Shown here: piece after piece, positions 51,118 to 64,000 of the stretch
Position numbering within the stretch: position 1 is the first letter of the stretch
Layout of the letters: each line of letters begins with the position of its first letter
Source: Octopus sinensis
Taxonomy: Eukaryota
NCBI RefSeq assembly: GCF_006345805.1
Contig: NC_042999.1
Coordinates: 163,866,001 to 163,930,000, forward strand
DNA: 64,000 nucleotides
Direction of reading: 5' to 3'
Translations under genes and position numbers: made by a program
The notes under the pieces: generated by a model
The model's database searches: none
Seen by the model: the letters and a program-made list of their open reading frames with translations, nothing else
Told to the model about the DNA's origin: nothing

Positions 51118-51393
51118 GCGTACATATATTCTTTTTATATTCTCCCCGGGTCCATTTTTCCCCTTTACATTTGGTGGCTGTCGGAGTGAACGTGGAGGGC
51201 TGAGTGGGCAGTTCCTGTTCAGGTGACTATCCAGATCTGTATTCGATGAGATTGTGCTATTGGTCGACTTTCGACCCCGGGCTGGCTTACCTCTGAGGGA
51301 CGCGCTTCCAGATTAACAAACAGCAGGACAAGCGATTTGGTGTACTATTTCAATTTTCCTTTTTGTTTCTAAAACATTTTTGTGCGACATTAA
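51118..51393. other. Unclassified 276-bp GC-richer cassette between (TTA)n tracts
   Basis: Flanked by (TTA)n at 51097-51117 and 51394-51496; contains the hairpin GGTCGA-CTT-TCGACC. Confidence 0.45.
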
Positions 51394-51445
<52 letters not shown>

Positions 51446-51449
51446 GTTA

Positions 51450-51496
<47 letters not shown>

Positions 51497-51789
51497 GCGC
51501 TCTGACTGGCTAATGAAGAAACGGTTACTACTCATGTATTACAATTTTTGGTATTTTAATTAAAAAAATGTTTTGAATTTTTTATATGTTCTTTTTATCC
51601 ACATAACTTTATTTCATCTGAAAGTGAACAATCTGGTGGGTTTAGTTTAATAGCTTACCAATGTAAACAGTGAGTTTCTTTGTCCTAGGAACCGGGGAGA
51701 TGCAAGAAATGGAAACAAAATTGAAAGAAAAAACTTATAACAACAACAACAACAACAATAATAATGATAATAATAATAATGATGATAAC

Positions 51790-51830
<41 letters not shown>

Positions 51831-51833
<3 letters not shown>

Positions 51834-52644
51834 CAACAAGAAACTACCAGGCCAACATATTAAAGAACGGCAGTAGCCCAACATGTCGTGTATGCCGACA
51901 ACAAAATGAAACCATTGATCATGTTGTCTCCAAATGCAGTCTTCTAGCGCCTACAGAGTATCTCAACAGGCATGATAGAGCTGCACAATATATTCACTGG
52001 GTAATTTGCAAAAACCTGGATTTGTCCCATGAAAAAAACTGGTGGGAACACAATCCACCTCCAGTGCTTGAAAATGACCACATCTCACTCCTCTAGAACT
52101 TCACCATTCAAACTGACAGAAAGATAGATGCAAATAGGCCAGACATCATATTGAAAGACTTCAGACAAAGAACATGCCTCCTCATTGATATGACTGTCCC
52201 AATCGATATAAACGTATCTGTCAAGACCTACCAAAAACTGAGCAAATATAAAGATCTTGAAATAGAAATCAACAAAATGTGGAACCTGAAGACTAAAACA
52301 ATACCTGTAGTCATAGGTGCCCTGGGAATGATAGCGAAAGGGGCTGATTGCTACCTAACTCAGATACCAGGAAACCCCAAAATGGTGGAAATTCAAAAGA
52401 TAGTGCTCATGGGAACTGCTCATATCCTACACAAAATACTCTCTATGTAATCCCAAGGTTTAAAACAAACTTTTTTCTTTAAATTTATGTGTCAGACATT
52501 TACTAGTACAACACCAAAAAAAACCCCCAAATATATGGCACACTAGGCATAACAACAACGTGAACTTCCAACCTGTTGTCTCTTGAGGTCTCTGGGTGAG
52601 ACTTGGAGCCAACTTGTACAGACATAAAGCAAAAGTCAAACATA

Positions 52645-52645
<1 letters not shown>
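51831..52645 (+). mobile_element. R4/Dong-like family B, 5'-truncated (CCHC-RLE and 3' UTR)
   Basis: PTRNYQANIL, CRVCRQQNETIDHVVSKC, IDMTVP, KYKDLEIE, GTAHIL; between (TAA)n 51737-51830 and 52646-52683. Confidence 0.9.
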
Positions 52646-52683
<38 letters not shown>

Positions 52684-52684
<1 letters not shown>

Positions 52685-52816
52685 CTTCACATATCCGACA
52701 AAAAGCACTTTCAATACAGCGAAAATGAGAACACCAAAACAAGCCACAACACATACTCAAGGCACACAGAGCTGCACTTGGTAGTGTAGTGAAAGGACGT
52801 GATAAAAATAAGAGTA

Positions 52817-52819
<3 letters not shown>
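52684..52819 (+). mobile_element. 136-bp 3' end of a diverged family-A relative with its own (TAA)n tail
   Basis: CACATACTCAAGGCACACAGAGCTGCACTTGGTAGTGTAGTGAAAG...TAAAAATAAGAGTACTG mirrors the family A 3' UTR; tail 52820-52883. Confidence 0.8.
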
Positions 52820-52887
<68 letters not shown>

Positions 52888-53572
52888 CAACAACAGCCCT
52901 GATAGTGACGGTGGTGATTATAATGGGATAATGACAATTTCTATGATAATAATTACTTGTCTGTTAACCACAAGAGTCCATACAGTAAAAGAAGGTTATA
53001 CTCCATGAGCATATATATACATAGGAAGGGTTTAAGTACATGCAAATGTATATAATTATATAAAAGATGAGAGGTGGTGTAAAAAGTAATAATAATATAT
53101 ATATATATATATATATAAGGCTAAAAATCAAGTCACGCAAGACAAATACAGGTAATCCACCAACAAAAGAATAACGTGTGACTACCTACAAAGGACCAGA
53201 CACACATTCATATACCTTGCCTCGCTTGCGAAGAGAAACAGTTCTCCAACTCTTCTTTTGAGACCGAAAACCATGAAAATACAGATTTCTATCATCTTCA
53301 GTCTCGTTTTTACAAGAGTGAATTCGTCGGGCAAAGAAGTGCTGTCATCTCTTACATATCGCGCATTCCGTCTGCTTTCCTTTGATATGGGCCAAGGTTC
53401 TTCATCTGAGTCACTATATTTAAAAAATGCAATGTTATATTGATGGTGATAGTGGTGATGGTGGTGATGGTGGTGGTTTCGATGCTAGTGGTTTACCATC
53501 TCTGTTTTTACTGTTTATACTGAATTTCTTTTCCGTTACAAATTAACATCGTCCAATGTATTGTATGTGTGT

Positions 53573-53617
<45 letters not shown>

Positions 53618-53660
53618 TGTGTGTGTGTGTGAGTGTGTGTATATATATATGTATATATAT

Positions 53661-55938
53661 GTGGAGAATGAAGTATTGAAAATGAGAAACTTAATGCAGG
53701 AGAAGCTAGAAAGTTCTGGACTAATATTTGGGATAAGCCAGTCAATCATAATGGAGATGCAGTATGGTTAAAGAAAGTGAGGGAAGAAGTAGTGAGTGAG
53801 AAGCAAGCAGATCTAAGACTAACTTGTGCATTAATGAGTAAAGTGTTAGGAAAAATGCCTATTTTGAAGGGCCCGGGATCAGATTTAGTTCAAGGTTACT
53901 GGCTAAAGAAATTTAGTAGTTTACATGGGAGGCTGAAGAAAGAACTTCAGAATTGCCTTAATGGATAACAAGAGGGAGAACAATACTCCTTATGAAAGAT
54001 AAAAACAAGGGTAATACAGCTAGCAATTATAGACCAATCCCTTGCTTACCATTAGTGTGGAAGCTGTTTACAGGAATACTTTCAGAAAGCATTTATGAGC
54101 ACTTTGACAACCAGAATTTACTGCCATAAGAACAGAAAGGTTGCAGGAAGAAGGCTAGAGGAACACACAATCTATTATATATAAACAAAGTGGTTTTAAA
54201 TGATGTAAAAGCTAGAAAGATCTAAGTATAGCATGGATAGATTATAAGAAAACCTATGAAATGATCTCACACTCATGGATAAATGAATGTTTGAGAATTA
54301 ATTAGCTTCAGCATGAAGAAATGGAAAGTAGATCTCTGCTCAGGTGATACAGTCTTAGGGAAAGTTAATATCAAGAGAGGAAATTTCCAAGGGGACTCGT
54401 TATTCCCTTTAATATTTGTCTTATGTCTGATACCCTTCAGTTTAGTATTAAGGAAGGCAAAGGCAGGGTATCAGTTTAAAAATAGTATGAGAAAAATTAA
54501 CCATTTGCTCTAGATGGAAGTAATTTAGTAAGCTTTTTAGTAAGAATGAAAATGAGATAGAGTCATAAATACAGACTGTAAGACTCTTCAGCAAAGTTAT
54601 AGGCATGGAATTTGGCATAGATAAGTGTGCAATATTAGTCATGAGAAGGGGACAGATAGTCAATGGCGCAGGCACCAGATGGCCAGACGTTAAAATCATT
54701 GAAAGGAGGAGGGAGTTATATCTAGCAGTATTAGGATCTGACAGAGTACTATTATAGAAATGAAAATGAAAATTGAGGAGTACATCAGAAAGGTGAGGAA
54801 GCTAATGAAGTCAAAGCTAAATGGTCCGAATCTAGTTGAGGCTGTAAATACTTGGGCAGTATCATTACCTATATACTCAGCAGCTTTTGTAGATCGGAAA
54901 AAAACTGAATTGGCAAAGCTAGACAGAAGAATTAGGAAGGCATTCAATATGAATGGAGGACTCCACCTAAGCGCAGGAGTAGCAAAATTTTACTTACCTA
55001 GAAAGGAAGGCAGAAGAGGATTAGTTTCAGTAGAAGACTGTGTCAAGTTAGCTAGAGTAGATATAAACTCCTATGTAGGTAATAGTGAGGGAAGTTTATT
55101 AAAAGCTGCTAGAGTCACAGCAAGACATAGGGAAGCCAAGAACTCAAACGCAGTTAAAAACCAGAAAAAAGAACAGAAGTTATCTGACTGGTAAGAGAAG
55201 GCGTTGCATGGTAAATTCCCAAAGATAATTGCAGTAAATAGTAGTGACACATGGTTATAGTTGCAGAAAGGAAGGCTGAAAAGGGAGACAGAAAGTTTAT
55301 TAGCAACAGCACAAGGTCAAGCATTAAAGACTAATTGGATAAAAGCTAAGATAGACAAAATCCAAGTAGATTCCCAATGTAGGCTATGCAAATGAAAAGA
55401 GGAAACTGTTTCTCATACAGTAAGTGAATGTAGCATGTTGACACATAAAGAATACAAGAAAAGACATGACAACTTAGGTAGAGTAATCCACCGGGAGTTA
55501 TGTAGAAAGCTAGGATTTGAACATACTGATAAATGGTATGAACATGAACCTAGTAAAGTACTAGAAAGTAAGAAATATAAGATGTTGTGTGACTTTAACA
55601 AGCTAGAAGGTCTGATTTAGTAGTAGTACACAAAGAGAATACAAAGTGCCAGATATTTGACTTTACATTCCCCAATGTTGAAAATCAATATGAGAGGCAG
55701 AGAAAAAATAGCAAAATACAAGGACCTAGCTATCGAATTACAGAGACTATGGAAAATGCGAGTAAAAGGTATCCCAGTAGTAATAGGTGCATAGGGAACT
55801 ATCCCTAAAGATTTGAACAGATGGATAGAGGAAATGGGCATAAAATCCAGTTTAGTACAGCTCCAGAAAACAGTGTTATTAGGGACAACTAGGATACTTA
55901 GGAGGGTTCTTGGCATCTAATGTTACTTGTTGTAGCCC

Positions 55939-55939
<1 letters not shown>
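53661..55939 (+). mobile_element. R4/Dong-like family C (purine-rich, degenerate RT-CCHC-RLE)
   Basis: GPGSDLVQGYWLKKF, GNFQGDSLFPLIF, CRLC...SEC...RHDNLGRVIH, KYKDLAIEL, LRRVLGI*; 19-bp 3' UTR, then (TAA)n 55940-56023. Confidence 0.88.
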
Positions 55940-56023
<84 letters not shown>

Positions 56024-56025
<2 letters not shown>

Positions 56026-58295
56026 AAACTTTAACAAAGTACTAGCAGAGCCAGAGACAATGCCTGAATGGCTCACGAAGGGGAAAACCATCTTAATTCC
56101 CAAATCAAATGAAACAGAAAAACCAGAAAACTACAGACCAATAACCTGCCTCCCTACTATGTTCAAGGCATTTACTGCAGTGATATCACAAAGGCTGAAC
56201 AAGCACCTGGACGAAAACAAAGAAGAGCAGAAAGGATGTCGCAAAGGCTCATATGGCTGTAAAGATCAACTAATGATTAATAAAGCCATAACTGAAGACA
56301 GCCACAGAAAGAAGAAAGGCCTCAGTATGGCCTGAATTGACTACAAAAAGGCGTTGATAGCATCCCCCACACATGGATCCTCGAAACACTAGCCATTAAC
56401 AAAGTAGCACCAACAATCATAAAATTCATAGAGCACTCTATGAATAAATGGCAAACAGTCCTACACCTCCAAACAAAAGAGGGACTCATGAAAACCAAAG
56501 ACATCCCCATTAGAAGAGGAATATTCCAGGGAGACACGCTCTCTCCACTCCTTTTCTGCTTGCACTGTCACCTCTATCTGATATGCTAAATAGAACTGGA
56601 TGCGGATATAAATGTTACGGCAAAACGATCAGCCACCTTTTATATGGATGACCTAAAACTATACGCTGCAAATGACAAACAGCTGGAAACACTATTAAAA
56701 ACAGTTCATGGATTTACCAAAGAAATAGATATGAAATTTGGATTAGAAAAATGCGCCAAAGTAACCATGAAAAGAGGAAAACTAGTTAAGAGTAACAACA
56801 TCATACTAGATAAAACCAATGAAAAAAAAGAATTAGACCAAAGCCAAACTTCCAAATACTTAGGAATCCATGAACTAGATAAGACACAACACACACAAAT
56901 GAAAGAGAAAATAAAAAAAGAATATTATAGACGAGCTAGATCAATACTAAACACAGAGCTCAATGCTAAAAACAAGATAATAGGTATCAACACTTTAGCT
57001 GTCCCAGTTATAAGTTACAGCTACAATATCCTCAACTGGACACGAAATGAACTGACCAAAATAGATAGGAAAACAAGAAAAATAATGACAGGATCTAGGA
57101 TGCATCACCCAAAATCTGACATAGAAAGACTATATATACAACGTATAGAAGGTGGTAGAGGCCTTATACAGCTGGAAAACTACTATAAAATAACCACCAT
57201 AGGACTGCAAAAATATCTACTTCAGAAGGAAGGAAAACTGATCCAGATAGCGGCAAAACACGAGCAAAACAAAAAACTGTTCTCAGTATTTAAGGAAGCT
57301 GACAAATACAAACAAGAAATCATACCACCTAATAAACATGAAGAAGAAGAAGAGATGAAGAAACAACAAAAGCTATAAAACAAATGAAATCCAAACTAAA
57401 AATAGAACAGCAACGAACCATGATAAAACGATGGCAAGAAAAGCCTCTTCATGGTAAATACTGGACTAAACTAAACGCAAAAGAAATAGACAAAGAAAAA
57501 TCCCAGCAATGGTTGAGAAGCTCAGGACTCAAAGCAGAAACAGAGGGATTTTTAATTGCAGCACAAGACCAAAACCTCCCCACCAGAAATTACCAAAAAA
57601 TGTAATGAAAAGAAATATTACAAGTAACTGCAGAATATGTGGAGATGGACAAGAAACAATAAATCATATTATCTCTAGCTGCCCAGTCTTGGCTAAGAAG
57701 GAATATATTCACAGACATGACAGAGTTGGAACCTACATACATTGGAAGCTATGCCAACATTATGGAATAACAACAGAAAAAAGATGGTATAGGCACACAC
57801 CAGAAAAGGTCACAGAAAACGAGAAAGCAACCATACTCTGGGATATGCCGATACACACAGATAGAGAAATTAAGGCCAACAGACCAGATATAGTTGTCAG
57901 AGATCATGAAGAAAAAAAATGCTTTCTAATTGATGTATCAATACCGGCTGATGACAACGTGTCTCTAAAAGAAATGGAGAAACTCTCAAAATACAAAGAC
58001 CTGGAAATAGAGGTAACTAGAATGTGGAATCTGAAAACAGAAACAATTCCTATCATAGTAGGTGCATTAGGCATGATAAAAAAATATTCAGACAAATACA
58101 TAACAAAAACACCAGGACTTACAAACACATATAACATACAGAAAATTGCACTACTAGGCACTGCACACATCCTCCGCAGAACACTTTCCATACAATAACC
58201 ATCAGAGCATCACAACAAATCACAGCACATACCCAAGGCACACAGAGCTGTGCTCGGTAGTGAAGTGAAAGCACGCTATAAAAATAAAACTACTG
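56024..58295 (+). mobile_element. R4/Dong-like family A, copy 3 (5'-truncated, inserted in the family C tail)
   Basis: NYRPITCLPTMFK, EQKGCRKGSYGCKDQL, YMDDLKLY, CCHC, RLE; 56398-58295 matches 1-1876; tail 58296-58335. Confidence 0.95.
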
Positions 58296-58844
58296 AATAA
58301 TAATAATGATAATGATGATGATGATGATGATGATAGTAACAGCCCCGCGCTGCATAAAAACCCCATTCACAAACAAATCTAATCTAATAACATCGATGGC
58401 ATTGGATAAAGGAACCTGTGGAAGACTTGAAGGAAGCGCTCTTTTAACGAAAATAATCATGAAAAATGAATTTTACTGCTTTACAAAGCACAGTTTCTGC
58501 AATATACGATGTCTCAGTGAAACGTACGGAACGCACACGCGAAATCAAGAGCGGAAAGTTTACAAATCATAAAATAGAAATGGAACAAATAAGTAATTAC
58601 ATAAATTGAATAATTACACATACACTCATATATATGAATGTCTACACAACCATATATATATTGATGCCCATAGGACTACATATACATCTCAATATTTATA
58701 CAACTACGTGAAATTTATAGGACACACATTCACGCATATGAGAACACGTGCACAAACGAAAAAAAACCCCAAACTAAAAACTATTTTTTCATTTTTCGAA
58801 CTAACACAGACAGATAAGTTTAAAAATACTACAGAAAACTATGT

Positions 58845-61800
58845 TTGGAGATAAATCTATCAGCAAACAAAAAAGAGATCTCGGTGAAGGTATTGTCTCA
58901 AAAAATTAACACTAAACAGACAGATCCGTCCCCTAATGTCAACATCGAAGTTCGTCATGCCCCACTGTTAACAAAAAATACAAACCGGAATGGTTATCAA
59001 CCGGATTACAAAAGACTACATACTCGAATGATGAAGCAGATTCTATACGAAACATCACCTACTGGTTCAAATCTTCCCGAAACACAGGAGCTGGAAGTAC
59101 CCCACAACCGGAATATTCCTACAGATGGTCACCCATGCTCGTCATCAAATAACCAAAAGAAAAAGAATGAAAAATGGTCTTGGGAAGATAATAAAGAAGT
59201 TCTTACGGCCTTCTACCATGCCATATATTTCCCCACAGGTAAATCTAATACTGTACAAACCTACTTAAACTGGAGACAGAAACACCCTGAAGTAAGATCC
59301 TACATAGACAGTAACAAACTTGCCAACGTCAGAAGAAACATTATGAAAAAGAAATTACCAACTGAAGTAGAGATTGACCAAATTAATCAAACAGTAAGGA
59401 ATACAAGGAACGAAGCTGTAGCTAAAGAAGATACTACAGAGGAAATATTTATAGACCAGCCCAGGGCTGATGTAAATGCAAAAATGATTGAAAGAGTTAA
59501 TGTAACTGATAAGCAAAGTGAAATACTCTCTGAACCAGCCATAAACACCAAGGTCTGATGAAAATCAAATAGATGAAGAAAGTCACACAGAAATTGACCC
59601 AACAGAACCACATGATCAAAAAAATCAAATCATGATTGAATGGCTGAAAATTAAAGAAAACAGTATGAATGAACACGATACTCTCCTAAAAGTTCGCAAT
59701 TCTAACAAAAACCTGAAAATAATTAGTAAAATTCGCCTGGCACTTAAGGATGTAATTTCAACTTATGATGTTAATATTACAGATCTCAACCATCTGTACT
59801 CAACGATTCTATATGGTGAAAAGATTAGAAAATGACAATATTCCCACAAAAAGCCTTCTTGGCAAGAATGGATTCAACACCCAATTAAGCTACTTAGGTT
59901 TGACATAGAATGTTTAAAAAACCTTAAGATTCACAAGACTATCAAACCTACAAAAATTCGAAAATTAAAGAAAAAATATAATTTTGAAACCATATTTGAC
60001 ATTGATACCACCATAGAAACCATCAAGCAAAAAGATATGCGCTAAATTTGCCCGCATAGCAAGGTATGAAAAGCGCGTTAGATTCTTCAAGGACAACAAC
60101 ATGTTAAAAATAACCCAAAAATATTTTACAGAAAGATAGGGAAAATACCAGTTACAGAAGTGCAGGAATTTTGGAATAAAATTTGGGCAGAAGAAAACAC
60201 ACACAATGAAAACGACCCTTGGATTGATAGAATATCTATAGACTTAGACTCCTTAGAAGAGCAAAATTGGGGGGGGGTGTCAAGGTAGAAGATGTATGAT
60301 CTGCTCTCAGGAGGTCAAGCAAATGGAAGTCTCCAGGAAAGGATAAAATTCCTAACTTCTGGTTGAATGCCTTCCCAGAGAGTCATGAACTGCTAACAAA
60401 ACTTTACAATGTTTTGCAACAACCTAGTATGATTCCCTCTTGACTAGTTAATAGTTTAACACATACTTCCAAAAAAATGAAGAAACAAATGAACCAAAAA
60501 ATTATCGACCCATGACTTGCTTAACAACAATGTATAAAACGCTCACATCTGTACTGACAGCTTTTTTTAAAATAGAAAGTGGCATATTCCTTAATGAGCA
60601 AAAAGGATGTAAATGTGGATCCTATAGCTGAGAAGATCAGATACTCATCAATAAGATGATCTTGGAAGATTGTCACAAACGACACAAAACCTTGTCAATA
60701 GACTATAAAAAAGCTTTTTATAGCTTACCCCATAGCTGGATTTAGAAATGTCTGGAAATGTATAAAATAGCTCCTACTCTGCGAAACTTTTGTCTGTAAG
60801 TATGAGATCATGGAGAACCACACTGACTTTGAACAGTGACAATGAATCTCTAAATGCTGGAGATGTAAGAATTTCATGTGGAATTTTCCAGTGTGACTCA
60901 CTATTACCACTCCTCTTTTGTCTAGCCTTAATATCTCTTTCGAAATTGCTCAATGATGTACAGTACGGTTATAAAATGTTTGACAAAAAAACAAATCATC
61001 TCATTTACATGGATGATTTAAAGCTCTTTGCAAAAAAAATGACCAACAACTCAAAGGCTTACTAGCGATTGTTAAACAGTTCAGTGATGACATTAGGATG
61101 CAATTTGGTCTCTATAAATGTGCAGAAGCTACCTTTATCAAAAGAAAACTGACAGAAAAATCTAACGTTAACCTTGACCAGCAGAATGTCATAAAAGAGT
61201 TAGAACCAGCGGAGAGCTACAAATATGAAGGTGTATTTGAAGTGAACGAAATCAAACATTCAGTGATGAGGGAAAGGATCAGAAGAGAATGTTATTGCGG
61301 GGTGATAGCAATACTAAAGACAGAGCAAGAAACAGGATCGAAGCGATCAGTATTTTAGCCATACCGGTCGTGACTTACAGTTTCAATATCATTAACTGGT
61401 CAATTACTGAAATATGTAATCTTGACAGAAAAATACGAAAACTGTTGACAATGCATAGAATGCACCACCCTAAGGCAAATATAAACGACTTTATCTGCCA
61501 AGAAAAGAGGGAGGCCGTGAACTCTTACAACTGGCAATAACACTGAAGATTGCCAAAATTGGCCTAGACACCTACCTGAAAAACTCTGAGGACTGGATGT
61601 TAAAACTTGTCTCAAAACACGAAAACAAGAAAGCATCACACTCAATAACAAAATAGGCAAATGAATATATAAGTGAATTCCAAATACAAATTCCAGAATT
61701 TGACATACTAGAATCAAGCTAAATGTATGAAAATCCGTGCTAAAACTGCTGCCTTAAATATTCTTACTGATAAATGGCAAGAAAAACCTCTCTATGGCAA

Positions 61801-62656
61801 ATAACCAAAGAGAACTGATAATGCTGATGTTGACAAAGCCCTTACCCATCAATGGCTAATGGCTTCTGGTTTAAAATCAGAAACAGAAGGGTTTTTCATA
61901 GCAGCCAACGATCAATGCTTACCTACAAGAAATTACCAGACCAACATATTAAAGAACTCCATGTGCAGTCTCCTTGCGCCTACAGAGTATCTCAACAGGC
62001 ATGATAGAGCTGCACAATATATTCACTGGGTAATTTGCAAAAAAACTGGACCTACCCCATGGTAAATACTGGCGGGAACACAAACCACTTCCATTGCTTG
62101 AAAATGATCACATCTCACTGCTCTGGAACTTCACCATTCAAACTGACAGAAAGATAGATGCAAATAGGCCAGACCTTATATTGAAAGACTTCAGACAAAA
62201 ATCATACCTCCTCATTGATATCACTGTCCCAATCGACGTAAAAGTATCTGTCAAGGCCGACCAAAAACTGAGCAAGTATAAAGATCTTGAAACAGAAATT
62301 AGGAAAATGTGGAAACCTGTTGTCATAGTTGCCCTAGGAATGATAGCAAAAGGGGCTGATTGCTACCTAGCTCAGATACCAGGAAACCCGAAAATGACAG
62401 AAATTCAAAAGATAGTGGTCATGGGAATTGCCCATATCCTACGTAAAATACTGAGTATGTAATCTTAAATTTTAAAACAAACTCATAATTTTCTTATGGT
62501 TTCTTAAACATTTTCTAGAACAAAACTATGTACAAAACCAAATATATGGCACCCTAGGCATAACACCAACATAATCTTCTAACTTGTTCTATCTTGAGGT
62601 CTCTGGGTGAGAATTGGAACCAACTTGTACAAATGCAAAGCAAAAGTAAAACATAA
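58845..62656 (+). mobile_element. R4/Dong-like family B, near full-length but degenerate
   Basis: N-terminal KWSWEDNKEVLTAFY...KLANVRRNI domain, YRPMTCL, DYKKAFY, GIFQCDSLLP, YMDDLKLF, RLE; 3' UTR matches 52460-52645; tail 62657-62702. Confidence 0.88.
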
Positions 62657-62779
62657 AATAATAATAATAATAATAATAACAACAACAACAACAACAACAG
62701 CATCTATTGCCGCTACAAAAAAAAAACAGGAGCCAAAATGAAGAATAAGGCTCCCCAAAAAGCACATGAACAGCCGCGC

Positions 62780-63212
62780 TTTTGCGCATAAAGAAGGAAA
62801 GTTGAGCGCTTCCGGTGAGAATTATTGATCTTAGACCAACTTTCCAAAGGAAATAATGCAAGCTCCAGAATATCTAAAAAGATTATCGGATAAATATGAA
62901 TGAAGTCCTGAGAGCAAAAGAGATCGTTCGCAGATATGAAAAGAGAAACAAGTTTTACGGACAAACTAAGATATTTAAAGCTGATACTAGGAAATTCTAC
63001 AGTTAATTGGGGAAACAATCGATCGAAGTAAAAGACCCACCTGATATGAAGGAAGTAGCGACATCTTGGTAAAGCATATGAAGTTATAGGATTAACGAGG
63101 AAGCTGAATGGTTAGGGAGAGAAGAATAAAGAATGGCTGAGAACAGGAATGGGAGGACATTACTGCAGAAACTAACTCGAGTCCTATCTTAAGCACATAA
63201 GTGGAAGTCTTT
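62780..63212 (+). mobile_element. R4/Dong-like pre-RT fragment (copy D)
   Basis: Broken frame VRRYEKRNKFYGQTKIFKADTRKFY, EVKDPPD, NEEAEWL, EWEDIT, AHKWKS. Confidence 0.75.
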
Positions 63213-63789
63213 GAAACACTTCCAGTGATATGACAAAAATTTCTGAGAGCTACCACGAGTTCAACGTTTCTAGATTGCGACATTGGCAATATATTTTTGT
63301 TACTAACTACATTTTATAAATTTCGACTCTCACTAGATTTGTTTACATCAAAAGTGTATTTCTTTGTGCTTTTCTTTCTTTTTTCGTTTATTTTCCGGTT
63401 TAAATGTTTATGTCTACATTTGTAATTGTGTCTGCTTGTTTAATTGTCACCATTTCTCTCAATGTCATTATTTTTCACAATGTGCGATTTCATTTGCTCA
63501 ATTTTCAAATAATGATTGTTTCTGAAGTTTTTGAAACATCTCTTCCTGCTATCCGGCAATTCTATGTTGTTTTGAAAGTGGATGAAAGTTTACGAAATAA
63601 ACTATACAAAAGTATGAAATTATCTGCAACATCTCATTTTTCCCACCTCAAGGCAATCGGAGACACTTACAATCTCTCAAGGTTAGTAATTAAACGAAGA
63701 AAAGAAAATGTAAAAGAAATTTGCATGAAGTAAAATTTGTTAGTATACCAATAATTTGAGGAGACCCACCAGACACGTCTGCCGATTAA

Positions 63790-63848
<59 letters not shown>

Positions 63849-63890
63849 GCAGCAGCAGCAGCAGCAGTAGCAGCGGCAGCAGCAACAACA
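63790..63890. repeat. (ACA)n(GCA)n compound trinucleotide repeat
   Basis: Read directly. Confidence 0.95.
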
Positions 63891-64000
63891 CTATTTCTTT
63901 TATACTTTAACAGAGTTAAAGAGACACATACAATATTTCATTCACCGCATGCAGTTCTCAGGTTACAGCCATAAAGAAAGGATCAGAGTAAACAAGGGAG

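Noticed and set aside
51240-51330. HDV-like ribozyme in the 276-bp cassette (P4-like hairpin)
   Set aside because: I could not build P1, P2 and P3 or the nested pseudoknot on either strand.
58845-59558. 237-aa ORF as a host gene
   Set aside because: It contains the R4/Dong N-terminal domain and is collinear with the downstream RT-RLE remnants.

Overview
Eukaryotic, AT-rich, microsatellite-dense DNA. The SINE families and repeat make-up look like an octopus or other coleoid cephalopod genome (inference, not verified). I could not confidently identify a host gene, rRNA, true tRNA or CRISPR array, and nearly all short ORFs in the track are microsatellite or antisense artefacts. The window is dominated by retroelements. 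(1) R4/Dong-like non-LTR retrotransposons with RT, CCHC finger and restriction-like endonuclease (RLE), ending in (TAA)n; at least seven co-oriented copies or fragments lie in a 13.5-kb array at 49.7-63.2 kb. (2) A related RLE family (E) whose two copies end in (CATA)n instead. (3) A HERO-like element with an uninterrupted 491-codon reading frame. (4) Three Penelope-like fragments, one well-formed minimal hammerhead ribozyme with a variant core, and several decayed hammerhead-like motifs. (5) About four tRNA-derived SINE families, a non-coding (TAA)n-tailed repeat (N), and Tc1, CR1/L2 and Helitron-like relics. Two structural anomalies stand out: a 594-bp unit present as two tandem copies plus one inverted copy (possibly an assembly artefact), and a 427-bp imperfect palindrome. 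Boundaries of degenerate repeats are approximate (about +/-20 bp). All alignments and identity estimates were done by eye.
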